NCBI RefSeq assembly: GCF_048593235.1
Contig: NC_133620.1
Coordinates: 439,981,261 to 440,045,260 of the forward strand
Direction of reading: 5' to 3'
Length of the DNA stretch: 64,000 nt
DNA from: Sminthopsis crassicaudata
Lineage: Eukaryota
Part shown: positions 1-12,069 of the stretch, in pieces
Layout of the letters: every line of letters begins with the position of its first letter
Position numbering within the stretch: position 1 is the stretch's first letter
Notes under the pieces: model-generated
The model's database searches: none
The model's input: the letters and a program-made list of their open reading frames with translations, nothing else
What the model was told of the DNA's origin: nothing
Program-made: the position numbers and the translations under genes

Positions 1-645
1 CACTGAAGTCTAGAGGTGTCAAGTGACTTTTCCATGCGTTAAGTGTTAGAGGTGAGATTTGAATTCAGATACTTTATCTCCAGATGCTGGGAGTCTTTCC
101 ACTAGAGTGGAAAATATGGATATTCTTTTTGTGGGTGCATCAAACTACTGGTTACTGTGATCTCTTCCAATTCTATGATTCTTATTTTTTATTCTTATTT
201 TTATTTATTTTTATTTTTATTTTTTTATTAATTTTTATAATTATAACATTTTCTTTGACAGTACAAATGCATATGCATTTTTTTTTACAACATTATCCCT
301 TGTACTCCCTTCTGTTCTGAATTTTTCCCCTCCTTCCCTCCACCCCCTCCCCTAGATGGCAGGCATTCCCATACATATTAAATATCTTATAGTATATTCT
401 AGGTACAATATATATGTGCAGAACCGAATTTTGTTGTTATTGTTGTTGCAAAGGAAAGATTGTATTCAGAAGGTAAAAATAATCTGGGAAGAAAAACAAA
501 ACAAAACAAACAAACAAACAAACAAAAAATGCTCACAGTTTAAACTCATTTCCCAGTGTTCCTTCTCTGATGTAGCGGATTCTGTCCATTATTGATCAAT
601 TGGAATTGGATTAGCTCTTCTCTATGTTGAAGATATCCACTTCCA

Positions 646-1518
646 TCAGAATCCATCCTCATACAGTATCATTGTTGAAGTGTATAATGATCCCCTGGTT
701 CTGCTCGTTTCACTCAGCATCAGTTGATGTAAGTCTCTCCAAGCCTCTCTGTATTCCTCCTGTTGGTCATTTCTTACAGAACAATAATATTCCATAACAT
801 TCATATACCATAATTTACCCAACCATTCTCCAATTGATGGACATCCATTCATTTTCCAGCTTCTAGCCATTATGAAAAGGGCTGCCACAAACATTTTGGC
901 ACATACAGGTCCCTTTCCTTTCTTTAGTATTTCCTTGGAATATAAGCCCAGTAGTAGCACTGCTGGGTTAAAGGGTATGCACATTTTGATAACTTTTTGG
1001 GCATAATTCCAGATTGCTCTCCAGAATGGTTGGATTCTTTCACAACTCCACCAACAATGCATCAGTGTCCCAGTTTTCCCACAGCCCCTCCAACATTCAT
1101 CGTTATTTGTTCCTGTCATCTTAGCCAATCTGACAGGTGTGTAGTGATATCTCAGAGTTGTCTTAATTTGCATTTCTCTGATCAATAGTGATTTGGAACA
1201 CTCTTTTATATGAGTGGATATAATTTCAATTTCATCATCTGAAAATTGTCTGTTCATATCCTTTGACCATTTTTCAATTAGAGAATGGCTTGGTTTCTTA
1301 TAAATTAGAGTCAATTCTGTGTATATTTGGGAGATGAGGCCTTTATCAGAACCTTTAACTGTAAAAATGTTTTCCCAATTTGTTACTTCCCTTCTAATCT
1401 TGTTTGCATTAGTTATGTTTGTACAAAAGCTTCTTAAGTTGATGTAATCAAAATTTTCAATTTTGTGATCAATAGTGATCTCTAGTTCTCCTATTTTATA
1501 GTTCTCTATTTTATGCAA
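646..1518 (-). pseudogene. L1 ORF2 C-terminal region (cysteine-rich/zinc knuckle), open frame
   Basis: Translation includes KTTLRYHYTPVRLAK, CWRGCGKTGTLMHCWWSC and KWSKDMNRQFS, typical of the L1 ORF2 C-terminus. Confidence 0.95.
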
Positions 1519-1650
1519 GTAGGCTTGTAGAGATATAACACTTCCCCTTATTACTGCTTAGGCTGTATCCCACACATTTTGGTATGATGTCTCATTATTG
1601 TCATTTTCTTGGGTGAAGTTATTAATTATGTCTATGATTTGCTGTTTTAC

Positions 1651-2430
1651 TCAATCATTCTTGAGTATAAGATTATTTAGTTTCCAATTATTTTTTGGTC
1701 TATTTTCCCCTGGCTTTTTATTAAGTGTAATTTTAATTGCATTGTGGTCTGAAAAGGATGCATTTACTATTTCTGCCTTACTGCATTTGATTTTGAGGGT
1801 TTTATGCCCTAGTATATGATCAATTTTTGTATAGGTTCCATGAACTGCTGAGAAGAAACTATACTCCTTTCTGTCTCCATTTAGCTTTTGCCAAAGATCT
1901 ATCATATCAAACTTTTCTATTATTCTATTTACCTCTTTGATTTCTTTCTTATTTATTTTGTGGTTTGATTTATCTAATTCTGAGAGTGCAAGGTTAAGAT
2001 CTCCCACTGTTATAGTTTTGCTGTCTATTTCTTCTTGCAGCTCTCTTAATTTCTCTTTTAAGAATTTAGATGCTGCACCACTTGGTGCATATATGTTTAA
2101 TATTGATACTGCTTCATTATCTATGCTACCCTTTAGCAGGATACAATGCCCTTCCTTATCTCTTTTAATTAGATCAATTTTTGTTTTTGCTTGATCTGAG
2201 ATGAGGATGGCTACTCCTGCTTTTTTGGCTTTGCCTGAAGCATAGTAGATTCTGCTCCACCCTTTTACTTTTAGTTTGAATGTATCACCCTGTTTCAGGT
2301 GTGTTTCCTGTAAACAACATATAGTAGGATTCTGACTTTTAATGCAGTCTGCTAACTGCTTCCTCTTTATGGGAGAGTTTACCCCATTCACATTTATGGT
2401 TAGAATGACTAATTCTATATTGCTTGCCAT
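1651..2430 (-). pseudogene. L1 ORF2 APE-type endonuclease domain, 259 aa open, ending at a premature TGA
   Basis: Catalytic motifs NVNG, LQETH, GDLN, IDH and SDH are all present. The TGA at 1651-1653 replaces a Trp, and the same frame continues VKQQIIDIINNFTQENDNNETSYQNVWDTA. Confidence 0.95.
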
Positions 2431-2856
2431 CCTGCTAACCCCTGCTTATGCTTTTCTCTTTTTCTTCCCTCTTACCCCCCTACCCAGTATTAAACTGGTG
2501 AACACCACTTGCTTTTCACAGCCCTCCCTTTTTAGTATCCCTCCCCCACTTTAAAGTTCCTCCCTTTATTTTACCCCTTTTCCTCACAATTTCTGTATTC
2601 CCTTCCCCTTAGCTTACTTCTTCCCTTTCACTTTTCAATGAAGTGGAAGAAGTTTCACCATAAATCGAATATGTCTATTGATACACACTATGTTCATCTC
2701 CCTCCTTTCTTTCTCTCAGAGGTTACCTTTGCCTCTTCATGAGATGTAGTACCACCACTTTACCCTTTTTAATGATATAATTTCCTTTCCACCGCTAGTT
2801 TCTAGGACAAATTATACATAAGTTCTTTACATATTTTTATGGCAGAAGTATAGTTC

Positions 2857-3051
2857 TCAAGATTTCTTTTTAGCTTTTTTAGAAATCTCTTGTGTTCTGA
2901 TTTGAAGATCAAACATTTTATGTAGGTCTGGTTTTTTCATCAAGAATAGATGGAATTCATTTATTTTGTTAAATGTCCATCTTCTTCCCTGGAAAATGAT
3001 GCTCATTTTTGCTGGGTAAGTTATTCTTGGCTGCATACCAAGTTCCTTAGC
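2857..3051 (-). pseudogene. L1 ORF1 C-terminal remnant
   Basis: Manual translation gives AKELGMQPRITYPAKMSIIFQGRRWTFNKINEFHLFLMKKPDLHKMFDLQIRTQEISKKAKKKS*. QPRITYPAK is the conserved ORF1p C-terminal motif. Confidence 0.9.
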
Positions 3052-3574
3052 CCAATTCTATGATTCTTAAAGAAATCGAGAAGGTGCAAAATCAGCTGAC
3101 TTTTGTGTAAAGTGCTTTGTAAACCATATAATCCATTATAAAAATGTCAGCTATTGCTCTAATTATCACTGTTACTGATAATATAGCACTCACAATTTGT
3201 AAGTTGGGTAATATGAGAGCAGCCTCTCTCTTGACCTCTTATTTTAGTAAAATTATATTCATTTTTCAGATAAAGAAACTGAGTCATGGAAAGCTTAAGC
3301 CATTTGTCCATAGTACCCATTGCTAGTATTCTTCAGAACAGGATATGTATAGAGTCATCTTCAAGCAAGGACTAGGAAACTAGTGAATACATTGATACGC
3401 TTAAGCAGTCCTGCCTCCCACCCTTAAATGATGACCACTGGGAAAATGATACTGCTGCTTTTTCATCTGCAAGATCACATGTGCATCAGTGTCCTGAAAA
3501 TATTCATTCAAACCCACACAATTATGATAATAACCAATAAGAAAATGGCCTAGTTGATTAAGCCAACCATATTA

Positions 3575-3716
3575 TGGGCTGTTCAGTTGTATCCAATTTT
3601 TATCACCCCATTTAGGGTCTTCTTGGCAAAGATACTAGGGTGGTTTTCCATTTCCTTCTCCAATTCATTTTACAGATGAAAAAACTTAGGTAAATATGGT
3701 TACATGATTTGCCCAG
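3575..3716 (-). mobile_element. MAR1-type CORE-SINE fragment
   Basis: cttggcaaagatactagggtggttttccatttccttctcc followed by CORE ttttacagatgaaaaaact. Confidence 0.7.
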
Positions 3717-6708
3717 TTTTTTCCTTTCTATGCACAAATAGAAAATAAACATTCCCTTCCCCCAAAAAATAGAGACAGCTTAGGCAACATAGAGAATAGA
3801 GCATTGGGCCTAGAGTCAGGAACATGAGTTCAAAACTAGCCTTAAGAACNNNNNNNNNNNNNNNNNNNNNNNNNNNNNNNNNNNNNNNNNNNNNNNNNNN
3901 NNNNNNNNNNNNNNNNNNNNNNNNNNNNNNNNNNNNNNNNNNNNNNNNNNNNNNNNNNNNNNNNNNNNNNNNNNNNNNNNNNNNNNNNNNNNNNNNNNNN
4001 NNNNNNNNNNNNNNNNNNNNNNNNNNNNNNNNNNNNNNNNNNNNNNNNNNNNNNNNNNNNNNNNNNNNNNNNNNNNNNNNNNNNNNNNNNNNGAGGGATG
4101 GAGGAAAGGTTAAGGACCATGCCTAGGTGAAGAGGCAGGTCAATTCTCCAAGAGCCTCCACAGCTGTGAATCATAACACTTGAAAGAGTTGAAAAGGAGG
4201 CTTTACTAATGCAGATATTCCTTTTGGATGGGGAATGAAATAAATTGGAAGCAGAGGGAAGAGGAGAGAGGTCAGACAATGCAAGGGCCTCTCAGTGGAG
4301 AGGTTAGAGAATTCAACTGCCTCTCAGTCTCTTTGTATCATCATCATCCTCTCACATGAAGAGATCCATTCTACAAGTCTGAGTTAGATCTCCAGCAGCC
4401 ACTGGCAAATAGCTCCCAAATCACAACAGGAAGGAAAGAAGGAAGGAAGGAAAGAAAGTGGGAGGGAGGGAGGCAGGGAAAGAAGGAAAGAAGAAAAAGA
4501 GGTAGAAAAGGAGTAGAAAAATTTGTTTGTGGGGTGGGATATTGCCAGAAGACATCTGGCATAGAGGAATAATATCCATGAAATAGAACCCAAACAAAGA
4601 AACTTATGGGAAATGAAGATTAGTTGGATAAGCCTGAATTTCAATCAGAGAGGAGGGATAACAGAGGGTCCTGGGATGGTGTTGAGTTTCAGATTCTGAA
4701 TCAATTTTCAGGATGATGAAATTTCAGGTGATGAGTTTATTCTGAAGGAAGACATATTGTTCCTGGATTCAAATCTAAGTAGAGACACTAATGGAAAGTA
4801 TTAATTTCCATCCAGTCCAACAACAAGGAATTGCTGGGCATATAATAAATATAGTCAGGTTTCTTAAGGGCAGTTTCCAGTATTTGTGCTTTGCTTTATT
4901 CACTATATTGTTCTGCCTTTCAGGTCTGGGAGCAATTGCCAGCTATACTTTAAGACTAAATAATGGTAATAATGGCACTTTAAGGTTTGCAAAGCACTTT
5001 GCAAATAATTATATCTGTTCTAGGGTGGAAAAAAGATTTTCTGCATTAAGCAGAAAGTCCCTAAGATAATTTGTTTCATTGTTGTGATATACTGCATGAA
5101 GAAAGCCTGTTAATTAGGTACTGTTCCAAGTTATTTAATGGACCAAACATTAATTATAATTTTGAATATTATTCCTTTCTTTTATGAAATTGGACATGAG
5201 CTTTGGGGCACATTTTTTAAAAAGTCAAACAAATAAAGAAAAGACATCGAATCAGCTACAATAATCCAACTGGAATATTGTGTACTGTGCTAGTCACTTT
5301 CTTACTGGAACTGGGGAATGGGGTGGATAGAACCACAAATTAATGGTTAATAGTCTGAAACAACTTAGATGGTCAAGTTGAGAAGTAAAAATCATAGCAA
5401 GTAAAGAGACACCTGACAGTTACTTCTAAATTTAAGATGCATTACAAGGCTATTTTTACATAATCAGATCAAATGGTAAATAATTTGCTTAAAATTTCTC
5501 ACAGAAAGATGTATTAGATTCTAGAATCTTTTTTGAAAAGTAGATGAATGAATGGCTTCTTAAGGTGTTTCAAAACAGATTAAGCAGACTCAGAAATCAC
5601 AGAAGCATCCAAAGGTTAGAATGACTGACTTAACAGAGTGGGATATGTTAAGGTTTATGATTATATTAATTATTCCTTCCAGGAAGTAGATAGTGTTTGA
5701 TGGAGATGAATATTAATCTATGAACAGTTTACTTTGATGAGGCAACATTCCTATGAAACATTCACAGGTGAATAAAATGGCTTCTATCTTATAAATTCTG
5801 AGAAGTGATCCCATTAAGGAAAATAAAATTTAGCAAAGGGCCAAACCACAAAAATTTCTAGAGAAACTGGTTTAAAAACAGCAACATTAACAATACCAGA
5901 GAAGCCTGAGAATATTGAAAAAGAAGGGAGTTAAGTGTGTATGTGAAGAGTCTCTTACTAGGGCAGGGTGACCTGGCTGTGTCCCAGAATGCCATTTTTA
6001 AAGGGTGCTGACAGCACAATTTGTAGCAATTTACAAACAGCAGGATTTAGTACCTACTTAGTAAGAATAATGATTTAAAATAGGAAGTTACCAAAGGGTA
6101 GGCTGGAATGCTCTCCTTCTTTTTCCCACAGTGTCCCAGACTCTTGGTTTCCTCCATGGAAGGAAGATATCCCATCCGTGCTACTTCACTAAGGGAGAAC
6201 TCTGTACTGCTTGTCCCATATGCATTTGTGATTTTTGCACCAGGTACAAAAATTCCCAGTTATGGTTTTGTGTATGAGAAAGACATGGGAGGGTTGGGAT
6301 CATTTTCATGTAAAAGTCAACGATCTTTCCAAAATTATGAGTCAAATCTTTACTCTTTTTGAAAGAACTGGGTGGAATGGTGGTGGCCACTCAAATCCAT
6401 AGAGGAGATTGCCCATCTGAGCTGGTCAATATAGACAACAAAGTTTAGAAAGCTGTGGCAAGCTGCCTTGGATTAACCCCAGATGTGCATAACAGAGTAC
6501 TGCTGTGCATGTCGCTCCTATCACTGCTCCTGCTTAATTATACTTATGTTTTTAATACTTCTTTCCCACTCATCTTTCTTTTGAATATGATCCCAAAAAA
6601 CAAAGGAGAAAATCTAAGAAACATCTGACACTGAAAGAGCATGGCTAATAAGAAGACTGTTAAACAACTTTAAAAACCAGCAGGAATCATTGGATTTCCT
6701 AACACAAG

Positions 6709-7647
6709 ATGAGACCAATGGACAATGGACTTCAATTACTGAATTCATCTTCCTGAACTACAGGGATTGTTCTTCCTGATATTTTTAGTTGTGTACCTGA
6801 TAGCTCTCCTGGGAAACCTTCTCATACTAACAGCAATCAGAATCAATCCTGTTCTTCACACCCCTATGTACTATTTCCTCAGCAACTTGTCCTTCCTGGA
6901 CATCTGCTACACCTCCACCACTGTCCCCATCATGCTGGTGAATTTCTTCATAGAGAAGAAGACCATTTCCTATGAAGGCTGCCTGTCCCAGCTCTTCTTC
7001 CTTGTTACCTGTGCTGGTACTGAGGGTATCCTATTGGCCACTATGGCTTATGACAGGTTTGTAGCCATTTGCTAGCCATTATACTTCCCAGTCCTTATGA
7101 GTAGGAGGGTATGCGCATACCTAGCAGCTGGGTCCTGGTTGTATGGTTTGGGGAACTCTCTTGATACACACAGGGCTCACAGTAACTCTCTCTGTGTGCA
7201 ATTCCAATGAGATAAGTCATTTTCTCTGGACATCCCCCTACTCCTGAAGCTCTCCTGCTCAGACACTTCAGTGAATGAGGTCACCCTCTATGTGGCCAGT
7301 GTCACCATTGGTCTGAGCCCCTGCCTCTTCACTGCTGTCTCCTATATTTTCATTATCTCTGCCATCTTGAAGATCCAGTCAGCTCAAGGATGGGGAAAGC
7401 CTTCTCCACCTGTGCCTCTCACCTCACTGTGGTGGTCATCTTCTTTGGAACTGCCATCTTCAACTATGACTGGCCCAGCTCAGGCTACTCCCTGGATGTG
7501 GACATACTGGTCTCTGTGCTCTTCTGTATTGTTACTCCCATGCTAAACCCCATCATCTACAGTCTGAGAAACAAGGAAGTCAAGGGGGCTATAAGGAAAT
7601 TTCCTTATTGGCTGGAGAATGTCAGTCAGCAAGATCTTAATAGGTAA
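6709..7647 (+). pseudogene. Olfactory receptor pseudogene (class II)
   Basis: Motifs [36 protein letters not shown] and [16 protein letters not shown] are split across frames. Lesions: frameshift near 6725, deletion near 6753, TAG at 7073-7075, and further indels near 7160-7230 and 7390. ATGs at 6709 and 6718 follow an acceptor-like ctaacacaag. Confidence 0.96.
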
Positions 7648-8219
7648 TTCTTATGTTGTATAGAACAAAATGACCAACATAGAATGGCCATTCATTTCGC
7701 TTTGACAGACTAACTTGTATCAGTTTAGTGTGAGAGCACAATATAGACCAAATGAGGGACTGTTAAGTCATCTGAGAGTTCTGATTACATATATGTTGCT
7801 ATATAGATATATAATGTAACTTCAAGAACATCTCACGTTTCAATGAGAGTAGTGATGTTCCTATTTGTACATAAGCATGGATACATATATAATGTGTCAC
7901 TTTTGCTACCTAATAAAATGTTTAAGTAATGGACATTTATCTGCATGCACATATATGAATATTTCCATTGTATGGCTTTTGCTTGCTTTCTTCCTGAACT
8001 TTTTAAGGGACTTCTCTATGTCAGCTCCCCACCTCACAAAATTATAGGTCAGAGGTAAGTCATCATTTTTGACTCAGATTAAATATAAATAGCAGTCATT
8101 TCTGCTTTGGCCCGAAACCCTGAGCATCTTCCCCTCCCAAATTCATTTATTTAGATTTTTTTTTTTTGGTGGGAGGGACTAGGTGAAGGAGGAGAATTTT
8201 TACCTCAATTGCTACCTAG

Positions 8220-8475
8220 CCTTAATCACTGAAAGTGTGCTGCCTTGGTCAAACTGTGACCTGTTGAAAACCTTAGCTCAAAAAAAGACCATGGTCTCCC
8301 ATTCATCCAGGGCCACCTCCTGTTGTCCTGATCTCTATCTGGCCACTAGACCCAGCTGGCTCTGGAGGGGAAAATGAGGCAGGTGACCTTGCACAGCCCT
8401 CCCTCACTTAAATCCAGTTCACTTCATCACCTCCCTGATGTCATGGTCTTCTTTGAGAAAAAAGAACAAACAATA
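8220..8475 (+). mobile_element. RTE-tailed marsupial element fragment (WALLSI/RTE_Mars-like)
   Basis: ggctctggaggggaaaatgaggcaggtgaccttgcacagccctccctcactt...gtcatggtcttctttgagaa...gaacaaacaa. Related copies at about 14200-14400 (+), 29700-29870 (-), 34600-34870 (-) and 46060-46270 (+). Confidence 0.7.
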
Positions 8476-9819
8476 ACCTCTGTGAGAAGAAAGGGCATAC
8501 CCTTTATGTTTGCTATGGATAATTAAAAAACCCTTTTTTATTCAGTCAATTTGGGGTATTCTTGGCAAAGATATTGGAGTACTTTGCCATTTTCTTCTCT
8601 AGCTCACTTTACAGATAAGGAAACTGAGTCAAACTGACTTGCCCAGGTAAGTATTTGAGGTCCAATTTGAACTCAGTAAGATGATTCTTCCTGACTAAGG
8701 TGTAGCCCTGTATAATACAGGCATAGTACAGCTATGTAGCTGTTCAATAAATTTATAAGTTTGACTGAAAGTAAAACCAATCCCCTTTCAATGCCCTCAA
8801 TCAATTGTAATGACTAAGATAGACATTTGTCTCCTAACCACTAGAGAATCCAAAGTAGAAAAACAATGAATCAAAGAGAGCCTTCTAAAGATAGGCCATC
8901 TGAGGTATTGGGGAATTGTCACATAAATTCTTTCCCAGGAACAGCCTCTGCTTTGTATGGACATAGGGCCACACAGGCTCAGAGAAAGTTTGCACCCAAG
9001 AGAATAAAATAGAAATAAAGGGAGGAAGGGGGTGCAAAGATATGCCTTATCTTAATTAAGAATTGGCTGTTGTGAGCATGGATCCTTATTGTGCCACTTA
9101 ATTAGAGAGATCCAAGGACATGTAGAAATGCATGTTATTGAAGCAGATAAAGTGCTGAACTTGTAGTCAGAAAGAGCTGAATTTGAACTGAATTTGAATT
9201 CAACACTAAGTGTGTGAGCTGGGACAAGTCACTTCACTTGCTTCATTCTCTATTTTCTCACCTGTAAAATGGAGATAATATTATCTATTTCATAAGGATG
9301 TTATGACGATCAAATATAATATAAAGCATTTTATATACTTTAAAGCACTGTATAAATGCTAGCTAATGGTCTTCTTATTATTATCTCTACTGCTGTACTG
9401 GAAGGAAATGCATTGTGGGTTGAGTTTTATTTTTTAATAAAAAATGTCACCTGTGCCCACTTAGCTTCGGCTTTCCTATTTATTTAGTAGAATGAGGCAT
9501 TCTGAATCCAATAGAAGTAGCCACTGGTGCTTATTATCCTCATTGCTGCCAGCAAGTGTGATCTATCAAGATGATTAGGAGGAGAAAAAGTCATCCCTGA
9601 ACATCCTGGTGTACAGGGCACCTCTATCCTATTCCACTTACTGTTGTGTTGTGAGCTACACATTTATTGAAACCAGCTGTGAAGAAGGATATGCAACTAC
9701 AGTCTCTGCAGCCAGGATCATCAGAATCTATTTTCTTATGTGTGTGTGTATGTATGTGTGCCTCCTAATTATCATCACCCCAAACCAAAGAAGAAAATGA
9801 TAAAATGTGGGCAGAGATT

Positions 9820-10190
9820 AAATTTTATTTATACTCTTTTTTTTGCATTATTTGCATAATCATCAGTTTTCAAAGATGATGATAATTACCTCTTCCAAAT
9901 GGCCTGTCCCTCTTCCAAAACAGAATTCTCCAACAAAGAAATCCTCCATCACAACAAAGAAGTACAAGTAAGAAAAACAAATCAATACCTTGGTCTTCTC
10001 TGTCAAAATCTATTCCTTCCCACCCACAACTTCTCTGCAGAGAGGATTCACTATTGGGCCAGTGGAATCATGATTGAATTTACATTGCCTGTTTCACAAT
10101 GGTTCTTTTTTTTACTCTGTATCAGTTCATACAGTTCTCACTTTTCCATGACTCTTTAATATTTTTCTATTTCTTACAAATGTATTTTGT
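9820..10190 (-). mobile_element. Old L1 3' fragment
   Basis: Diverged marsupial L1 3'UTR-like sequence starting with a T-rich tail. Confidence 0.55.
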
Positions 10191-10440
10191 TTTTCATTAA
10201 AGTAACACCTCTAGGTGATCTCTCACCTCTAAGTCCAGCCTTTTCCCCTGTCTTGCTCCCCTACTTAATAAACTCCAGTGGTTTCCAATTGATGTAATGG
10301 GACTTTCTGTCTCCCTGATCTTTGGTGGGGAGGTGAATATGGGTTAGAATCTCAACCTCTTCTGGCCTTTGGGAGGAGCCCCATCCTCCTGTTTATAGGG
10401 GGAAACTCCCAAATGGTAATCTCCACAACAATTCAATTGG

Positions 10441-11299
10441 AAATGTTGGAGGGGATGTGGGAAAACAGGGACACTGATACATTGTTGGTGGAGTTGTGAA
10501 TACATCCAGCCATTTTGGAGAACAATTTGGAACTATGCTCAAAAAGTTCTCAAACTGTGCATACCCTTTGACCCAGCAGTGTTGCTACTGGGCTTATATC
10601 CCAAAGAGATTTTAAAGAAGGGAAAGGGACCTGTATGTGCAAAAATGTTTGTGGCAGCCTTCTTGTAGTGGCCAGAAACTGGAAACTGAGTGGATGCCCA
10701 TCTGTTGGAGAATGGCTGAATAAATTGTGGTATATGAATGTTATGGAATATTATTGTTCTGTAAGAAATGATCAGCAGGATGATTTCAGAAAGGCCTGGA
10801 GACTTACATGAACTGATGCTGAGTGAAATTAGTACGACCAGGAGATCGTTGTATACTTCAACAACAATATTACATGATGATCAATTCTGATGGAGGAGGC
10901 CATTTTCAACAATGAGATGAACCAAATCAGTTCCAATAGAGCAGTAATGAACTGAACCAGCTACACCCAGAGAAAGAACTCTGGGAGATGATTAGGAACC
11001 ACTACATAGAATTCCTAATCCCTCTAATTTTGTCCATCTGCATTTTGGATTTCCTTCACAGGCTAATTGAACACTATTTCAAAGTCCGATTCGTTTTGTA
11101 CAACAAAACAAGTGTTTGGACATGTATACATATATTGTATTTAACTTATACTTTAATATATTTAACATGTATTGGTCAACCTGCCATCTGGGGGGGGGAA
11201 GGAGGGGAAAAATTAGAACAAAAGGTTTGTCAATTGTCAATGTTGTAAAATTACCCATGCATATATCTGGTAAATAAAAACTATTAAAATGTTAAAAAA
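10441..11299 (+). mobile_element. L1 3' fragment (about 860 bp) with TSD
   Basis: ORF2 end plus 3'UTR and A tail. aattcaattgg(a) at 10430-10441 and 11300-11311. Confidence 0.95.
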
Positions 11300-11441
11300 A
11301 ATTCAATTGGAGATCTTGGTGTGGGGCATAATCACCACCCTCAAATTGCTCCCCAGCTCCAGGCCACAAAAACCCAATATAACCAAAGCCTGTACCCCCA
11401 TCTCTGCTAAAGATTCTAACAGGATTTTGCCCACTGATGAA

Positions 11442-11934
11442 TGTAATGTTCTCTTTGGTTTTCTGGTGGTCTCTTGGGCAGCCTTCATTTCAGTTCAGTA
11501 ATCACCACAAGAATAGCCAGGTGTTAAAATCCAAATCCTTTATTATCTCCTTGCTGCCTGATGCTGGTCAGCTTTCTGGAAAGCCTTTCAGTCTTGCCTT
11601 GGTTTCAGTGGAGAAATGCAGGAGGAGAGCCTGCCATCAGGAGCCCGACTGAAGATGGAAATGAAATTCTCTCTCCTTCTCTCTGAGAGCTTAAGCTCCT
11701 GCCTTCAGTTCTCTTGTCTTCTCTGCCTCTGAATCTGACTGCATTTGTCCGAGCTTATGTGCTCTTATCATAAGTGTGAATCTTGTGGAATTATATTAAG
11801 TACTAAGTACATGTACTGAAGTAGAGAACTATGAAGCACCATGCTAAACTAGATAAGCATTGTCTTTATCAATTCCACTGACTTAACAACTTGTAAGAAT
11901 CTTTGTTCCAAGTTCAGAGTTCTGGCCCATAACA
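11442..11934 (-). mobile_element. Solo LTR, probably betaretrovirus-like (ERV2)
   Basis: TG...CA termini, perfect 6-bp TSD GATGAA (11436-11441 and 11935-11940), AATAAA on the minus strand at 11539-11544, length 493 bp. Confidence 0.92.
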
Positions 11935-12069
11935 GATGAAAAAAATGTCTTCTCAGTATAATAAACCCAATTTTGCACAAACCTGGCCTTTAGAGATTGT
12001 GAATTCTTTCGCAAAATCTGTGACACCTACCAGGGGATCTCTTGCCCTCATTTCTCACACCTCAATATT

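Larger units (their letters stand above)
185..3051 (-). mobile_element. 5'-truncated marsupial LINE-1 with internal ORF2 deletion, flanked by an 18-bp TSD
   Basis: ccaattctatgattctta at 167-184 and 3052-3069. T-rich tail from 185. Read on the minus strand: ORF1 C-terminus, spacer, ORF2 endonuclease, ORF2 C-terminus, 3'UTR. Target site reads TT/AAGAA on the minus strand. Confidence 0.96.
10293..12067 (+). mobile_element. ERV (probably class I, Ile-primed) LTR of about 400 bp in three pieces: 10293-10440, 11311-11441, 11941-12067
   Basis: Starts TGTAAT. TATA-like tataa at 11378-11382 and AATAAA at 11960-11965. Ends cctcaata (decayed CA), then TT, then the PBS. The pieces rejoin exactly once the two TSD-flanked inserts are removed. 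Confidence 0.8.
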
